From Gammaproteobacteria bacterium (GTDB lineage: Bacteria; Pseudomonadota; Gammaproteobacteria; Natronospirales; REEB76), in the NCBI GenBank assembly GCA_036271575.1, contig DATBAJ010000035.1, positions 8,618-72,617 of the forward strand: 64,000 nt of DNA. The letters are read 5' to 3'. Under the pieces are notes generated by a model, which did no database searches, was not told the DNA's origin, and saw nothing but the letters and a program-made list of their open reading frames with translations. Within the stretch, counting starts at the first letter, position 1, and every line of letters starts with the position of its first letter. Shown here piece after piece: positions 38,366 to 47,763 of the stretch. The position numbers were made by a program, and so were the translations under genes.

Positions 38366-39196
38366 CTAGATACGGGCCAGGACCGCATCCAGCCAGGCGG
38401 TGGGCAAGAAGCAACGGGCCGCTGCCAGCAGGTAGGCCGGCAGCGTCACGTAATAACGGGCCCTCGGGCGGCGGCTCTCCAGCGCATGAGCCACCTTCGC
38501 GGCCACGGCTTCAGGAGTCGCGGTGAAAGCCTGCTCGTCCTTGCGTGCACCTGTCTCGGCTTTGAGCCGCGCATATCTGTCTGCGTGCACGCTGGCGGAG
38601 GCATCTACTTGGGTGTCGAAGTTCTTGAGGGAGTTGTCCCGGAATCGGCTCTTCACGGGCCCCGGATTCACCAGCGAGACCTGGATGCCGCTGCCGCGCA
38701 GCTCCAGGCGCAAGGTGTCGGTGATACCCTCCAATGCGTATTTGCTGGCGTTATAGGCACCGCGCCAGGGCATGGCCACCTTCCCCAGGATGCTGCTGAT
38801 CATGACGATGCGGCCACGGCCCTGACGCCGCATGATCGGCAATACCAGGCGGGTGAGTTCGATCGGGCCGAACACATTGGTATCGAATTGCCGTTGCAGG
38901 TTGTCCCGCGACAGGTCTTCCACCGCGCCGGGTATGGCGATGCCGGCATTGTTGACTAGCGCATCCAGGCGACCGCCAGTGAGGGTCAAGAGGGTAGCCA
39001 GCGCGCGTTCCATGGAAGTGGGATCGCAGACGTCGAGCTGCAGCGTCTCGAAGCCTTTGGCCGACAGTCGCGCCACGTCTTCCGCCTTGCGTGCGGTGGC
39101 GAACACGCGCCAGCCACGCGCCTTCAGGGTCTCGGCTATCCCCAAGCCGATGCCACTGGAACAGCCGGTGATGAGCACCGAACCCCGCATGCTCAT
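38366..39196 (-). CDS. Short-chain dehydrogenase/reductase (SDR)
   Basis: Trimmed to MSMRGSVLITGCSSGIGLGIA (TGxxxGIG). The NNAG motif and the catalytic YNASK are present. The start overlaps the stop of the upstream ABC gene (ATGA). Confidence 0.85.
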   Translation of the reverse strand: MSMRGSVLITGCSSGIGLGIAETLKARGWRVFATARKAEDVARLSAKGFETLQLDVCDPTSMERALATLLTLTGGRLDALVNNAGIAIPGAVEDLSRDNLQRQFDTNVFGPIELTRLVLPIMRRQGRGRIVMISSILGKVAMPWRGAYNASKYALEGITDTLRLELRGSGIQVSLVNPGPVKSRFRDNSLKNFDTQVDASASVHADRYARLKAETGARKDEQAFTATPEAVAAKVAHALESRRPRARYYVTLPAYLLAAARCFLPTAWLDAVLARI

Positions 39197-40992
39197 TCCA
39201 ACTTGAAGGCGGGGGCCTGCCCCGCCTGCTTCTCGTTTTCCGCCGCCTCGCGCTGCTGCAAAGCCCACAGCCGCGCGTACAGGCCCTTGGCCTTGAGCAG
39301 TTGCTTGTGTGTGCCGCGCTCGGCGACGCGTCCGGCGTCCAGCACCAGGATCTCATCCGCATCCACCACGGTGGACAGCCGGTGCGCGATGACCAGGCTG
39401 GTGCGATGCTGGGCCAGTTCCTCCATGGCCACCAGGATGGCGCGCTCGGCATTGGAATCCAGGCTCGAGGTGGCCTCGTCGAAGATCAGCACCGGCGGGT
39501 TCTTGAGGATGGCGCGGGCGATGGCCACCCGTTGCTTCTCGCCGCCGGAGAGCTTGAGGCCGCGTTCGCCGACCCGGGTCTGGTAACCGTCGGGCAGGGA
39601 TCCGATGAAGCTCTTCAGATGCGCCATCTCGGCCGCCTGTTCCACCGCACTGCGCGGCGCATCGGGCTTGCCGTACACGATGTTGTAGTAGATGTCGTTA
39701 TTGAACAGCACCGTATCCTGGGGGACGATGCCGAGCTGGCTCCTCAGGCTGGCGCGGGTCACGTCGCGCAGGTCAAAGCCGTCCAGGGTGATGCGCCCGC
39801 CGCTGACGTCGTAGAAGCGGTACAGCAGGCGGGCGATGGTGGACTTGCCGGCGCCGCTCGGACCCACGATGGCCACCTTGGAACCCGCCAGCACCTCGAA
39901 ATCCACGCCATGAAGGATCTGCCGGTCCGGGCCGTAACCGAACTGCACGTTCTCGAAGCGGATGTGGCCGCGGGCGTGATGCATGGGTTCGGCATCGGGC
40001 CGGTCCGCCACCTGCGCATGCCGATCCAGGAGCGAGAACATGCGTTCCATGTCCGTGAGCGAACGTTTCATCTCGCGGTAGATGAAGCCCAGGATGTTGA
40101 GCGGCTGGAACAGCGAAGTCATGTAGGCGTTGACCATCACGAAGTCACCCAGGGTCATCTTGCCCTTCACCACTTCCGAGCCGGCGAGCAGCATCATGGC
40201 GGTGACGCCCAGCGCGATGATCAAGGCCTGGCCGCTGTTGAGGGTGGAGAGGGAATACTGGGTCTTGAGCGCCTCCTGCTCCCACTTGGCCAGGTCCGCG
40301 TCATAGCAGTTTGCCTCGAACTCCTCGTTGCCGAAGTACTTGACAGTCTCGTAGTTGAGCAGGCTGTCGATGGCGCGGGTGTTGGCCTTGGAATCCAGCT
40401 CGTTCATGAGCCGCACGTGACGGGTCCGCCACTCGGTGACGGCGATGGAGAAGCCGATATACAGCGCCACCGCGGTGAGGATGATCACCGCGAACCAGCC
40501 GGAGAAGTTCCACAGGAATACCACGGTCACCAATGCCACCTGGATGATGGTCGGCAGCACGTTGAACAGGATGGCGCTCATGACGAAGCTCACGCCGCGG
40601 CTGCCGCGCTCGATGTCGCGGGACAGGCCGCCGGTCTGGCGTTCCAGGTGGAAGGCCAGGTCCAGGTCGTGCAGGTGGCGGAACACCTTGAGCGCCACCC
40701 GCCGCGCCGCCCTGAGTGTCGCGAGCTCGAACACCACGTCGCGCAATTCCCCGAGCAGGGTACCGGCGAAGCGCATGGCTCCATAGCCGACCAAGAGGCC
40801 CAGCGGCAGCACCAATAGCGCATGCTGGGGCCCCAGGTCGTCCACGATGCGCTTCAGGAACCAGGGCACCACCACCGTGGCCAGGTCTGCCAGCAGCAGC
40901 AAGATCAGCGCCAGGGTGGCCCGGCCGCGAAACTCCCAGAGATAAGGCAGCAGTGAACGCAGGGTAGTGTTGTGGCGGGGGATCGGATCCAT
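39193..40992 (-). CDS. ABC exporter, fused permease-ATPase, Atm1/ABCB7/HMT1-like
   Basis: 599 aa. The N-terminus LRSLLPYLWEFRGRATLALILLLLADLATVVVPWFLKRIVDDL is followed by a 6-TM domain. The NBD has GPSGAGKST, LSGGEKQRVAIAR and LIFDEATSSLD. Confidence 0.88.
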   Translation of the reverse strand: MDPIPRHNTTLRSLLPYLWEFRGRATLALILLLLADLATVVVPWFLKRIVDDLGPQHALLVLPLGLLVGYGAMRFAGTLLGELRDVVFELATLRAARRVALKVFRHLHDLDLAFHLERQTGGLSRDIERGSRGVSFVMSAILFNVLPTIIQVALVTVVFLWNFSGWFAVIILTAVALYIGFSIAVTEWRTRHVRLMNELDSKANTRAIDSLLNYETVKYFGNEEFEANCYDADLAKWEQEALKTQYSLSTLNSGQALIIALGVTAMMLLAGSEVVKGKMTLGDFVMVNAYMTSLFQPLNILGFIYREMKRSLTDMERMFSLLDRHAQVADRPDAEPMHHARGHIRFENVQFGYGPDRQILHGVDFEVLAGSKVAIVGPSGAGKSTIARLLYRFYDVSGGRITLDGFDLRDVTRASLRSQLGIVPQDTVLFNNDIYYNIVYGKPDAPRSAVEQAAEMAHLKSFIGSLPDGYQTRVGERGLKLSGGEKQRVAIARAILKNPPVLIFDEATSSLDSNAERAILVAMEELAQHRTSLVIAHRLSTVVDADEILVLDAGRVAERGTHKQLLKAKGLYARLWALQQREAAENEKQAGQAPAFKLE

Positions 40993-41116
40993 GTCACTCC
41001 AGGGAGATGTCGGCCTTGAACGGCTATAATGGCACGCCTCGCCGCCGGCGGGACTTGAAGCGGGTACGGCGGGGTCTTACATAGGGGCACCGAACCCGAG
41101 CCCGTGAGATTCGTCC

Positions 41117-41443
41117 ATGCCTATATATGAGTATCAGTGCCGGGCCTGCGGCCACCAGCTGGAAGTCCTGCAGAAGGTCAGCGACGCACCACTGAAGAAG
41201 TGTCCCGAATGCGGCAAAGCCAAGCTGCAGAAGCTCCTGTCGGCACCGTCTTTCCGCCTCAAGGGCGGCGGCTGGTACGAGACTGACTTCAAATCCGGCA
41301 AGAAGAAGAACCTGGCGGACGGCGGCAAGGAAGACAAGCCCGCCGCCAAGGAAGAATCCAAGCCTGCCAGGAAAGAGCAGGCTCAATCCAAGTCCGACAA
41401 ACCGCCCAAGGGCGGCAATAAATCCAAGGCAGCCGATACATGA
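41117..41443 (+). CDS. FmdB family zinc-ribbon protein
   Basis: The sequence MPIYEYQCRACGHQLEVLQKVSDAPLKKCPECG has a CxxC...CxxC ribbon. The tail is Lys/Pro-rich. Confidence 0.85.
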   Translation: MPIYEYQCRACGHQLEVLQKVSDAPLKKCPECGKAKLQKLLSAPSFRLKGGGWYETDFKSGKKKNLADGGKEDKPAAKEESKPARKEQAQSKSDKPPKGGNKSKAADT

Positions 41444-42153
41444 CCGATGTCCAGACCACTCCGGGCAAACGCCCGCTCATGGCGCGCCTGCGCCGCTACC
41501 TGTTCACGGGTCTCGTGATCTGGATCCCGCTGGGCGTCACCATCTTCGTCTTCAAGTTCTTCATCGACTACATGGACAAGGCGGTGACGCTCCTGCCCCA
41601 CGACTGGCAGCCGTCCAACCTGTTCGGCTTCAACATCCCGGGGCTCGGGGTGATCATGGTGGTGGTGGTACTGCTGCTGACGGGCTTCGTCGCCAGCAAC
41701 TACCTGGGCCGCACGCTGCTGCGGCTGGGCGCGGAACTCCTCGAGCACATCCCGCTGGTGCGTTCGGTGTATTCCGCCGTCAAGCAGATATCCGACACCA
41801 TGTTCTCCAACAAGGGCCGCTCTTTCAGCAAGGTGGTGCTGATCCGCTATCCGCAGAAGGACACCTGGAGCCTGGCCTTCCAGACCGGCGAGTCCCTGGG
41901 CGAGGTGAACGCCAAGCTGCCGGAGCACATGGTGAGCGTGTTCGTCCCCACCACTCCCAATCCCACCTCGGGCTTCCTGCTGCTGGTCCCCCGGGACGAC
42001 ATGATCGAGCTGGAGATGAGCGTGGACGAGGCCCTCAAGATGATCATCTCCCTGGGCGTGATCGTGCCGCCCTGGCCCAGGCCCGCAGCGCGTAACGAGA
42101 TCACCGGAGGCGACACTCTCCCGGAACTTGCACACCCACATCGCGAACCTTAA
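41440..42153 (+). CDS. DUF502 domain membrane protein
   Basis: 237 aa. The sequences YLFTGLVIWIPLGVTIFVFKF, IPGLGVIMVVVVLLLTGF, IPLVRSVYSAVKQISD and PTTPNPTSGFLLLVPRDD are typical DUF502 features. The start overlaps the fmdB stop. Confidence 0.8.
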   Translation: MTDVQTTPGKRPLMARLRRYLFTGLVIWIPLGVTIFVFKFFIDYMDKAVTLLPHDWQPSNLFGFNIPGLGVIMVVVVLLLTGFVASNYLGRTLLRLGAELLEHIPLVRSVYSAVKQISDTMFSNKGRSFSKVVLIRYPQKDTWSLAFQTGESLGEVNAKLPEHMVSVFVPTTPNPTSGFLLLVPRDDMIELEMSVDEALKMIISLGVIVPPWPRPAARNEITGGDTLPELAHPHREP

Positions 42154-42165
42154 TATTCGCCGCCC

Positions 42166-42290
42166 CCAAAACGGGTCTTTTGCCCTCTGGCGGTGTTGCG
42201 GCCACCCTCGGACTCCTCACGTACACCAGGAGTACGCTCCGGGTCCTCCGGCGTCCGCGCCTTGCCAGAGGCCAAAATCCCTCGTTTTGG
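42166..42290. repeat. Long imperfect inverted repeat / structured intergenic element upstream of aspS
   Basis: The left arm CCAAAACGGGTCTTTTGCCCTCTGGC (42166-42191) pairs with the right arm GCCAGAGGCCAAAATCCCTCGTTTTGG (42264-42290). There are ~22 matches over 26. The ~70-nt core has its own hairpin (ACTCCT...AGGAGT). Confidence 0.5.
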
Positions 42291-42342
42291 CCGGTTCTTA
42301 CGGTTTATCGGATAATTAACTAACGGATTTTCAGGATTTTCA

Positions 42343-44133
42343 ATGCGTAGTCATTATTGCGGTCAGGTCGACGAATCCCTGCTGGACAAAGAAGTCCAAC
42401 TGGCCGGTTGGGTGCACAAGCGCCGTGACCATGGCGGCGTGATCTTCGTGGACCTGCGCGACCGCGAGGGACTGGTGCAGGTGGTGTTCGATCCGGACCG
42501 TGCCGCCCTGTTCGTGGATGCCGAGCGCCTGCGCAGCGAGTACGTGGTGAGCGTGAAGGGCAAGGTACGCAAGCGTCCGGCCGGCACCGAGAACGCACAT
42601 CTTGCCAGCGGCAAGGTGGAACTGCTGGCTGCCGAGATGCAGCTCCTGAACAAGGCGGAGACCCCGCCCTTCATGCTGGACGATGAGGACATTAACGAGG
42701 AGCGCCGTCTGCAGTTCCGTTACGTAGACCTGCGCCGCCCCGTGATGCAGCAGCGCCTGCGCCTGCGCCACAAGATCGTCAGCACCCTGCGCAACTACCT
42801 CGATCAGCACGGCTTCATCGATCTCGAGACGCCGATCCTGACCAAGCCGACGCCAGAAGGCGCGCGCGACTACCTGGTGCCGAGTCGTACCCATCCGGGC
42901 CGCTTCTTCGCGCTGCCCCAGTCGCCGCAGATATTCAAGCAGCTGTTCATGATGGCCGGTTTCGACCGTTACTATCAAGTGGCGCGCTGCTTCCGCGATG
43001 AGGACTTGCGTGCCGATCGCCAGCCGGAGTTCACCCAGCTGGACGTGGAGACCTCGTTCCTCGACGAACAGCAGATCACGGGCATCATGGAAGCCATGAT
43101 CCGCCACACCTTCAAGCAGGTGCTGGACGTGGATCTGCCGAACCCCTTCCCGCGCATGAGCTACGACGAGGCCATGCGTCGCTACGGTTCCGACAAGCCG
43201 GACCTGCGTATCCCGCTGGAACTCGTGGATGTGGCGGACTTGGTCAAGACCTGTGAGTTCAAGGTGTTCGCCGGCCCCGCCAACGATCCGGCCGGCCGGG
43301 TCACGGCCTTGCGCCTGCCGAAAGGCGGCGAGATGCCGCGCAGTGAGATCGACGACTGCACTGCTTACGTGGCGCGCTATGGCGCCAAGGGCCTCGCCTA
43401 TATAAAGGTGAACGATACGTCCAAGGGCAAGGAAGGCCTGCAGTCGCCTATCGTGAAGTTCCTGTCGGACGAGGCCGTCGCCGGCATCCTGAAGCGCACC
43501 GGCGCTGAGGATGGCGACCTGATCTTCTTCGGCGCCGACAAGGCACGGGTGGTCTCGGACGCGCTCGGCGCACTGCGCCTGAAGCTCGGCCACGACCGCA
43601 AGCTGGTGCAGGGCAAGTGGGCGCCGCTTTGGGTGGTGGAGTTCCCGGCCTTCGAGTGGGACGAGAAGGACAAGCGTTGGATATTCCTGCATCACCCCTT
43701 CACCGCGCCGCGGGTGGACGATCCGGAAGCACTAGCTAAGGATCCGGGCGGCATCCGTTCCCGCGCCTATGACATGGTGTTGAACGGTACCGAGTTGGGC
43801 GGCGGTTCCATCCGTATCCACGACCAGCCGATGCAGGCGGCGGTGTTCCGCATGCTGGGTATCAGCGACGAAGAAGCACGAGCGAAGTTCGGCTTCCTGC
43901 TGGATGCCCTGAAGTCCGGTTGCCCGCCCCACGGCGGTATCGCTTTCGGCATCGATCGATTGGTGATGCTCATGGTGGGCGCACCCAACATCCGCGAAGT
44001 CATCGCCTTTCCCAAGACCCAGACCGCCTGGGATCCGCTTACGGATGCGCCGGGCACGGCCAGCGAGGAGCAGCTCAAGGAGTTGCACATCCGCGTCAAG
44101 CTGCCGTCGGCCGGTGGACCAGCCTCCTCTTGA
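42343..44133 (+). CDS. aspS: Aspartate--tRNA ligase
   Basis: 596 aa. The N-terminus is [43 protein letters not shown]. The class II motifs ([28 protein letters not shown]) are present. Confidence 0.97.
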   Translation: MRSHYCGQVDESLLDKEVQLAGWVHKRRDHGGVIFVDLRDREGLVQVVFDPDRAALFVDAERLRSEYVVSVKGKVRKRPAGTENAHLASGKVELLAAEMQLLNKAETPPFMLDDEDINEERRLQFRYVDLRRPVMQQRLRLRHKIVSTLRNYLDQHGFIDLETPILTKPTPEGARDYLVPSRTHPGRFFALPQSPQIFKQLFMMAGFDRYYQVARCFRDEDLRADRQPEFTQLDVETSFLDEQQITGIMEAMIRHTFKQVLDVDLPNPFPRMSYDEAMRRYGSDKPDLRIPLELVDVADLVKTCEFKVFAGPANDPAGRVTALRLPKGGEMPRSEIDDCTAYVARYGAKGLAYIKVNDTSKGKEGLQSPIVKFLSDEAVAGILKRTGAEDGDLIFFGADKARVVSDALGALRLKLGHDRKLVQGKWAPLWVVEFPAFEWDEKDKRWIFLHHPFTAPRVDDPEALAKDPGGIRSRAYDMVLNGTELGGGSIRIHDQPMQAAVFRMLGISDEEARAKFGFLLDALKSGCPPHGGIAFGIDRLVMLMVGAPNIREVIAFPKTQTAWDPLTDAPGTASEEQLKELHIRVKLPSAGGPASS

Positions 44134-44138
44134 ACGTA

Positions 44139-44245
44139 AGCTGAAAAAGTCCGTCCTGGACTTTTTCAGCTCGCCGGGCGAGAAGCGCGGTTCTCGCCCG
44201 GCTCCATTCCCCTGTCGGGGAATGCGCGGTCCGTCCCTGGACCGC
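44139..44245. repeat. Cluster of four consecutive GC-rich hairpins (REP-like) between aspS and nudB
   Basis: H1 44139-44171 is AGCTGAAAAAGTCC/GGACTTTTTCAGCT (14 bp). H2 44173-44202 is GCCGGGCGAGAA/TTCTCGCCCGGC (12 bp). H3 44206-44223 is ATTCCCC/GGGGAAT. H4 44226-44245 is GCGGTCC/GGACCGC. Confidence 0.6.
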
Positions 44246-44262
44246 AGTCCGATCTGTTTCGC

Positions 44263-44706
44263 GTGAGCATATTCAAAAGGCCGGAATCAGTATTGGTCAT
44301 CGTCCACACGGACGATGGCCAAGTGCTCCAATTGTTGCGGCATGAACCGGAAGGCTTTTGGCAATCCGTCACCGGCAGTCTCCTGGAAGGGGAGACGCCC
44401 CTGAAGGCGGCGCGCCGTGAGTTGCGGGAGGAGACCGGCCTCGAAGGTGATATGGGGCTGGCCGATGGCGGCGTCATCAACCGCTATCCCATCCATCCCG
44501 CCTGGCGGCATCGCTACGCACCGGATGTCCACGAAAACACGGAATACGTATTCCACCTGTCGTTGCCGGCCGTTTGCGACATAAGCCTGTCACCCGAGCA
44601 CGTGGATTCCAGATGGTTACCACGGGAACAGGCGGCGGAAGCCGCTGGTTCCGGTACGGACCAGGCTGCCATCCTTGCCTTATTACCTGCCCGCCCCCAG
44701 GTGTAA
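44263..44706 (+). CDS. nudB: NUDIX hydrolase, dihydroneopterin triphosphate diphosphatase-like
   Basis: The start is GTG and the product is 147 aa. The Nudix box reads GSLLEGETPLKAARRELREETGL. The aspS-nudB synteny matches E. coli. Confidence 0.78.
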   Translation: MSIFKRPESVLVIVHTDDGQVLQLLRHEPEGFWQSVTGSLLEGETPLKAARRELREETGLEGDMGLADGGVINRYPIHPAWRHRYAPDVHENTEYVFHLSLPAVCDISLSPEHVDSRWLPREQAAEAAGSGTDQAAILALLPARPQV

Positions 44707-44750
44707 AATATCCCGTCAATCGCCGGCCTGCCGGCGTCCCCGAGAGTTGA

Positions 44751-45845
44751 ATGGCCGTCCCCGCACTCGCTTACGAACTCTATTCCGACCTCGATGACCA
44801 GAGCTGCGACGCACGCATCCGCGCCGCCAAGGCCAGGCTTGGGCATCGGCTGATGGTCCTCGGCCATCACTACCAGCGAGTCGAGGTGTATCGCCACGCG
44901 GACAAGACCGGCGACTCCCTGAAGCTCGCGCGCCTCGCCTCCGAGTGCGATGCCGAATACATCGTGTTCTGCGGCGTACATTTCATGGCGGAAGTGGCGG
45001 ACATCCTTTCCAAGCCCGAGCAGCAGGTGATCCTCCCGGACCTGGCTGCCGGCTGCTCCATGGCGGACATGGCGAACCTGGCCAAGGTGGAGACCGCTTG
45101 GCGGGAACTCGCCACGGTCCTGTCGCCGGATGAGCAGATCACACCGATCACTTACATCAATTCGGCAGCGGACCTCAAAGCCTTCTGCGGTCGCCATGGC
45201 GGCATCGTCTGCACCAGCACCAACGCTCCGGGCATCCTCCAATGGGCCTTCCAGCGCCGCGAGAAGGTGCTGTTCTTCCCGGACCAGCATCTCGGCCGCT
45301 GGACCGGACACAAGCTTGGGCTGGGGCTGGATGAGATGGCGGTGTGGGACTTCCACAGGCCCATGGGCGGCCTTAGCCCTGAGCAGATCCGCAAGGCCAA
45401 GGTGCTGCTCTGGAACGGCCACTGCTCGGTGCATCAGATGTTCCGTCCGGAACACATCGACGCCTTCCGCGCCAAGTACCCGGAGGCCAAGGTCATCTGC
45501 CATCCGGAGAGCGCCTATGAGGTGTGCCTGAAGTCGGACTACGTGGGATCCACCGAATATATCCTCGACACCGTGCACCGGGCTGAATCCGGCAGCCGCT
45601 GGCTGGTGGGCACGGAATTGAACCTGGTGAACCGCCTGCACGAGGAGATGAAGGGCAAGGGTGTGAACGTGCACTTCATGTCGCCGATGGTGTGCATGTG
45701 CTCGACGATGTACCGGATCGATCCGCAGCATTTCGCGTGGACGCTGGAGAATCTGGCGGAAGGCAAGGTGGTGAACCGCATCACGGTGCCGGAGCCGGAT
45801 GCAAGTCAGGCACGAGCCGCTCTGGAGCAGATGCTGGCTGTCTGA
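44751..45845 (+). CDS. nadA: Quinolinate synthase
   Basis: 364 aa. The sequences LGHHYQRVEVYRHADKTGDSLKLA...IVFCGVHFMAE...GCSMADM...CTSTNA...CSVH match NadA motifs, including the Fe-S Cys residues. Confidence 0.93.
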   Translation: MAVPALAYELYSDLDDQSCDARIRAAKARLGHRLMVLGHHYQRVEVYRHADKTGDSLKLARLASECDAEYIVFCGVHFMAEVADILSKPEQQVILPDLAAGCSMADMANLAKVETAWRELATVLSPDEQITPITYINSAADLKAFCGRHGGIVCTSTNAPGILQWAFQRREKVLFFPDQHLGRWTGHKLGLGLDEMAVWDFHRPMGGLSPEQIRKAKVLLWNGHCSVHQMFRPEHIDAFRAKYPEAKVICHPESAYEVCLKSDYVGSTEYILDTVHRAESGSRWLVGTELNLVNRLHEEMKGKGVNVHFMSPMVCMCSTMYRIDPQHFAWTLENLAEGKVVNRITVPEPDASQARAALEQMLAV

Positions 45846-45873
45846 GTCCCATATAGATACTGGACGGGCAAAG

Positions 45874-45910
45874 AAAAGGCCCGCTCCCATAGGGAGCGGG
45901 CCTTGGTCTT
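45874..45910. terminator. Bidirectional terminator between convergent nadA and DUF885 gene
   Basis: The sequence is AAAAGGCCCGCTCCC-ata-GGGAGCGGGCCTTGGTCTTT. The 11-bp GC stem is flanked by an A-run and a T-rich run. Confidence 0.7.
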
Positions 45911-45927
45911 TAGCGGATATAGAAAGA

Positions 45928-47763
45928 TCAGCCCCTGATCCCGGGAGCGGCACCCACCAGCGCGGAGGCAGGTTTCTGTTGCTGCGCCGCGATCCAGCTG
46001 TCCACCACTTTCTCCAGCACGCTCAGGGGCACCGTGCCGGTCTCCAGGATCACATCGTGGAAGCCGCGGATGTCGAACTTGGGCCCCAGCTTGTCCTCGG
46101 CGTGCTTGCGCAGCTCCTGGATCTTGATCTCGCCGGTCATGTAGGAGAGCGCTTGGCCCGGCCAGGCGATATAGCGGTCCACCTCGGTGCCGATGTTCTG
46201 GTCGGTGAGCGCGGTGTTGTCCTTGAACATCTTCACTGCCTGCTCGCGCGTCATGCCGTACTCATGGATGCCGGTATCCACCACCAGCCGCACCGCGCGC
46301 CACATCTGGTAGGAGAGCATGCCGAACATCTTGTAGGGGTCGGGCTTGCCGGTCTTGGGATCCTTGTACACGCCCATCTCTTCACAGAGGGTCTCCGAAT
46401 ACAGGGCCCAGCCTTCGCCATAGACGTTGAAATAGCCGTTGCGGCGGAACTGCGGCAGGTCCGTCATCTCCATGGCCAGCGGGATCTGCATGGCGTGGCC
46501 GGGACGGCCCTCGTGACAGGTGAGTACGGGGATCTCGTACTTGGGCCGGGTCTCCGGCTTGTACAGGTTCACTGCCATGAAGGCCGCACGCTTGCCGTCC
46601 GCCGAGGGCTGCATGGAATAGGCGGGATAGGTGTTGGGTGCCTGATCCATGGGGATCACGGACACGCCCCAGGGCACGCGCGGCATGTGGCCGAACTCCG
46701 TCACCAGCAGGGGGTCGATGATCTTGGCTTCGGCCTGGTAAGCCTCCAGCAGGTCGTCCGGGTTCTTGTAGTAGAACTTCGGATCCGTGCGCAGGTAGTT
46801 CAGGAAGGCGGCGAAGTCACCCTTGAAGCCGCTGTCCTTGATCACCTGCTCCATGCGCGCGTGGATCTCTTTCACCTTCGCCAGGCCGATGTCGTGCACC
46901 TGCTGCGGGGTCTCGTCGGTGGTGGTGAAGTGCCGCACCAGATAGTCGTAGTAGGCCTGGCCATCCGGGAGGGTAGTCACCGCCAGCGCGGTGCGGGCCT
47001 TGGGCAGGTAGGTGTGGGTGAAGAAGTCTCCGAGCTTCTTGAAGGCCGGCATCTCCACGTTGCTGATGCTGTCCTTGGCTTCAGCCTGCATGGCGGCGAA
47101 GGTCTTGGTGTCGATGAAGCCGGGGCGCTTCAGGAATGGTGCGTAGAAGGGGGTCTTGGTGACGTCCGCCACGATGTTGTCGGAGATCTGCTGCGGGATA
47201 CGGTCTGCCACCACCTTCGGCAGCACCCGCTGCTCGTCCACGCCCTGTTGCAGGAGTGCGATGGTCTGGTCCATGTACGGGCCGAAAGTCTTGAGGCGCG
47301 TCAGCCAGTCCTGGTAGTCCTTGGCGGTCTCGAAACGCAGCGACTGGGTGGCGATGTCGCCGATGGTCTGGATGCCGTCCAATTGGTTAAGCGGGAACAG
47401 GTATTCGTGGAACTTGTAGGAGTCGTTGTCGTCGTCGCCCAGCCATTTGAACAGGTCGTAGCTCACCTGGTCCTGGGTGGAAAGGGCGCTGCGATCTATT
47501 TTGAGGAGGTCCGCCAAGGCCTGCTGGTCCTCGGCGTGGCGCTTCTGGACGGCGGCCAGGCTGACGTCCGGCCACTTGTCGTTGTAGCGGTAATCGCCCA
47601 GATCCGAGGCGTAGATCGGGTTCTCGCGCATGTTGCGATCCCACTCCCGGTCGAAGAGCTGGTGCAAGGCGGTGGTCTGGGCGTTGTCCGCGGCGACCGC
47701 AACCCCCCCTGGTAATAGGGCAAGGAGCGACAAGCCGAGCAGGGACCAGTAGCGCAGTTTCAT
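45928..47763 (-). CDS. DUF885 family secreted protein (metallopeptidase-like fold)
   Basis: 611 aa. The signal peptide is MKLRYWSLLGLSLLALLPGGVAVAA. The motif HEGRPGHAMQ (HExxPGHxxQ) is typical of DUF885. The start overlaps the stop of the upstream GT gene (ATGA). Confidence 0.8.
   Translation of the reverse strand: MKLRYWSLLGLSLLALLPGGVAVAADNAQTTALHQLFDREWDRNMRENPIYASDLGDYRYNDKWPDVSLAAVQKRHAEDQQALADLLKIDRSALSTQDQVSYDLFKWLGDDDNDSYKFHEYLFPLNQLDGIQTIGDIATQSLRFETAKDYQDWLTRLKTFGPYMDQTIALLQQGVDEQRVLPKVVADRIPQQISDNIVADVTKTPFYAPFLKRPGFIDTKTFAAMQAEAKDSISNVEMPAFKKLGDFFTHTYLPKARTALAVTTLPDGQAYYDYLVRHFTTTDETPQQVHDIGLAKVKEIHARMEQVIKDSGFKGDFAAFLNYLRTDPKFYYKNPDDLLEAYQAEAKIIDPLLVTEFGHMPRVPWGVSVIPMDQAPNTYPAYSMQPSADGKRAAFMAVNLYKPETRPKYEIPVLTCHEGRPGHAMQIPLAMEMTDLPQFRRNGYFNVYGEGWALYSETLCEEMGVYKDPKTGKPDPYKMFGMLSYQMWRAVRLVVDTGIHEYGMTREQAVKMFKDNTALTDQNIGTEVDRYIAWPGQALSYMTGEIKIQELRKHAEDKLGPKFDIRGFHDVILETGTVPLSVLEKVVDSWIAAQQQKPASALVGAAPGIRG

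Noticed and set aside
42128..42319. A 63-aa ORF (MHTHIANLNIRRPQNGS...) between DUF502 and aspS. Similar short ORFs lie across 50041-50350, 56096-56420 and 62183-62488.
   Set aside because: They lie entirely within hairpin and inverted-repeat elements. They occur on both strands and lack an RBS. Their composition is dictated by the palindromes. They are most likely non-coding.
45799..47715. A 638-aa plus-strand ORF antisense to the DUF885 gene.
   Set aside because: The minus-strand product has a signal peptide and the DUF885 HExxPGHxxQ motif. The plus-strand translation is repetitive and rich in Val/Gly/His/Leu, with no motifs.
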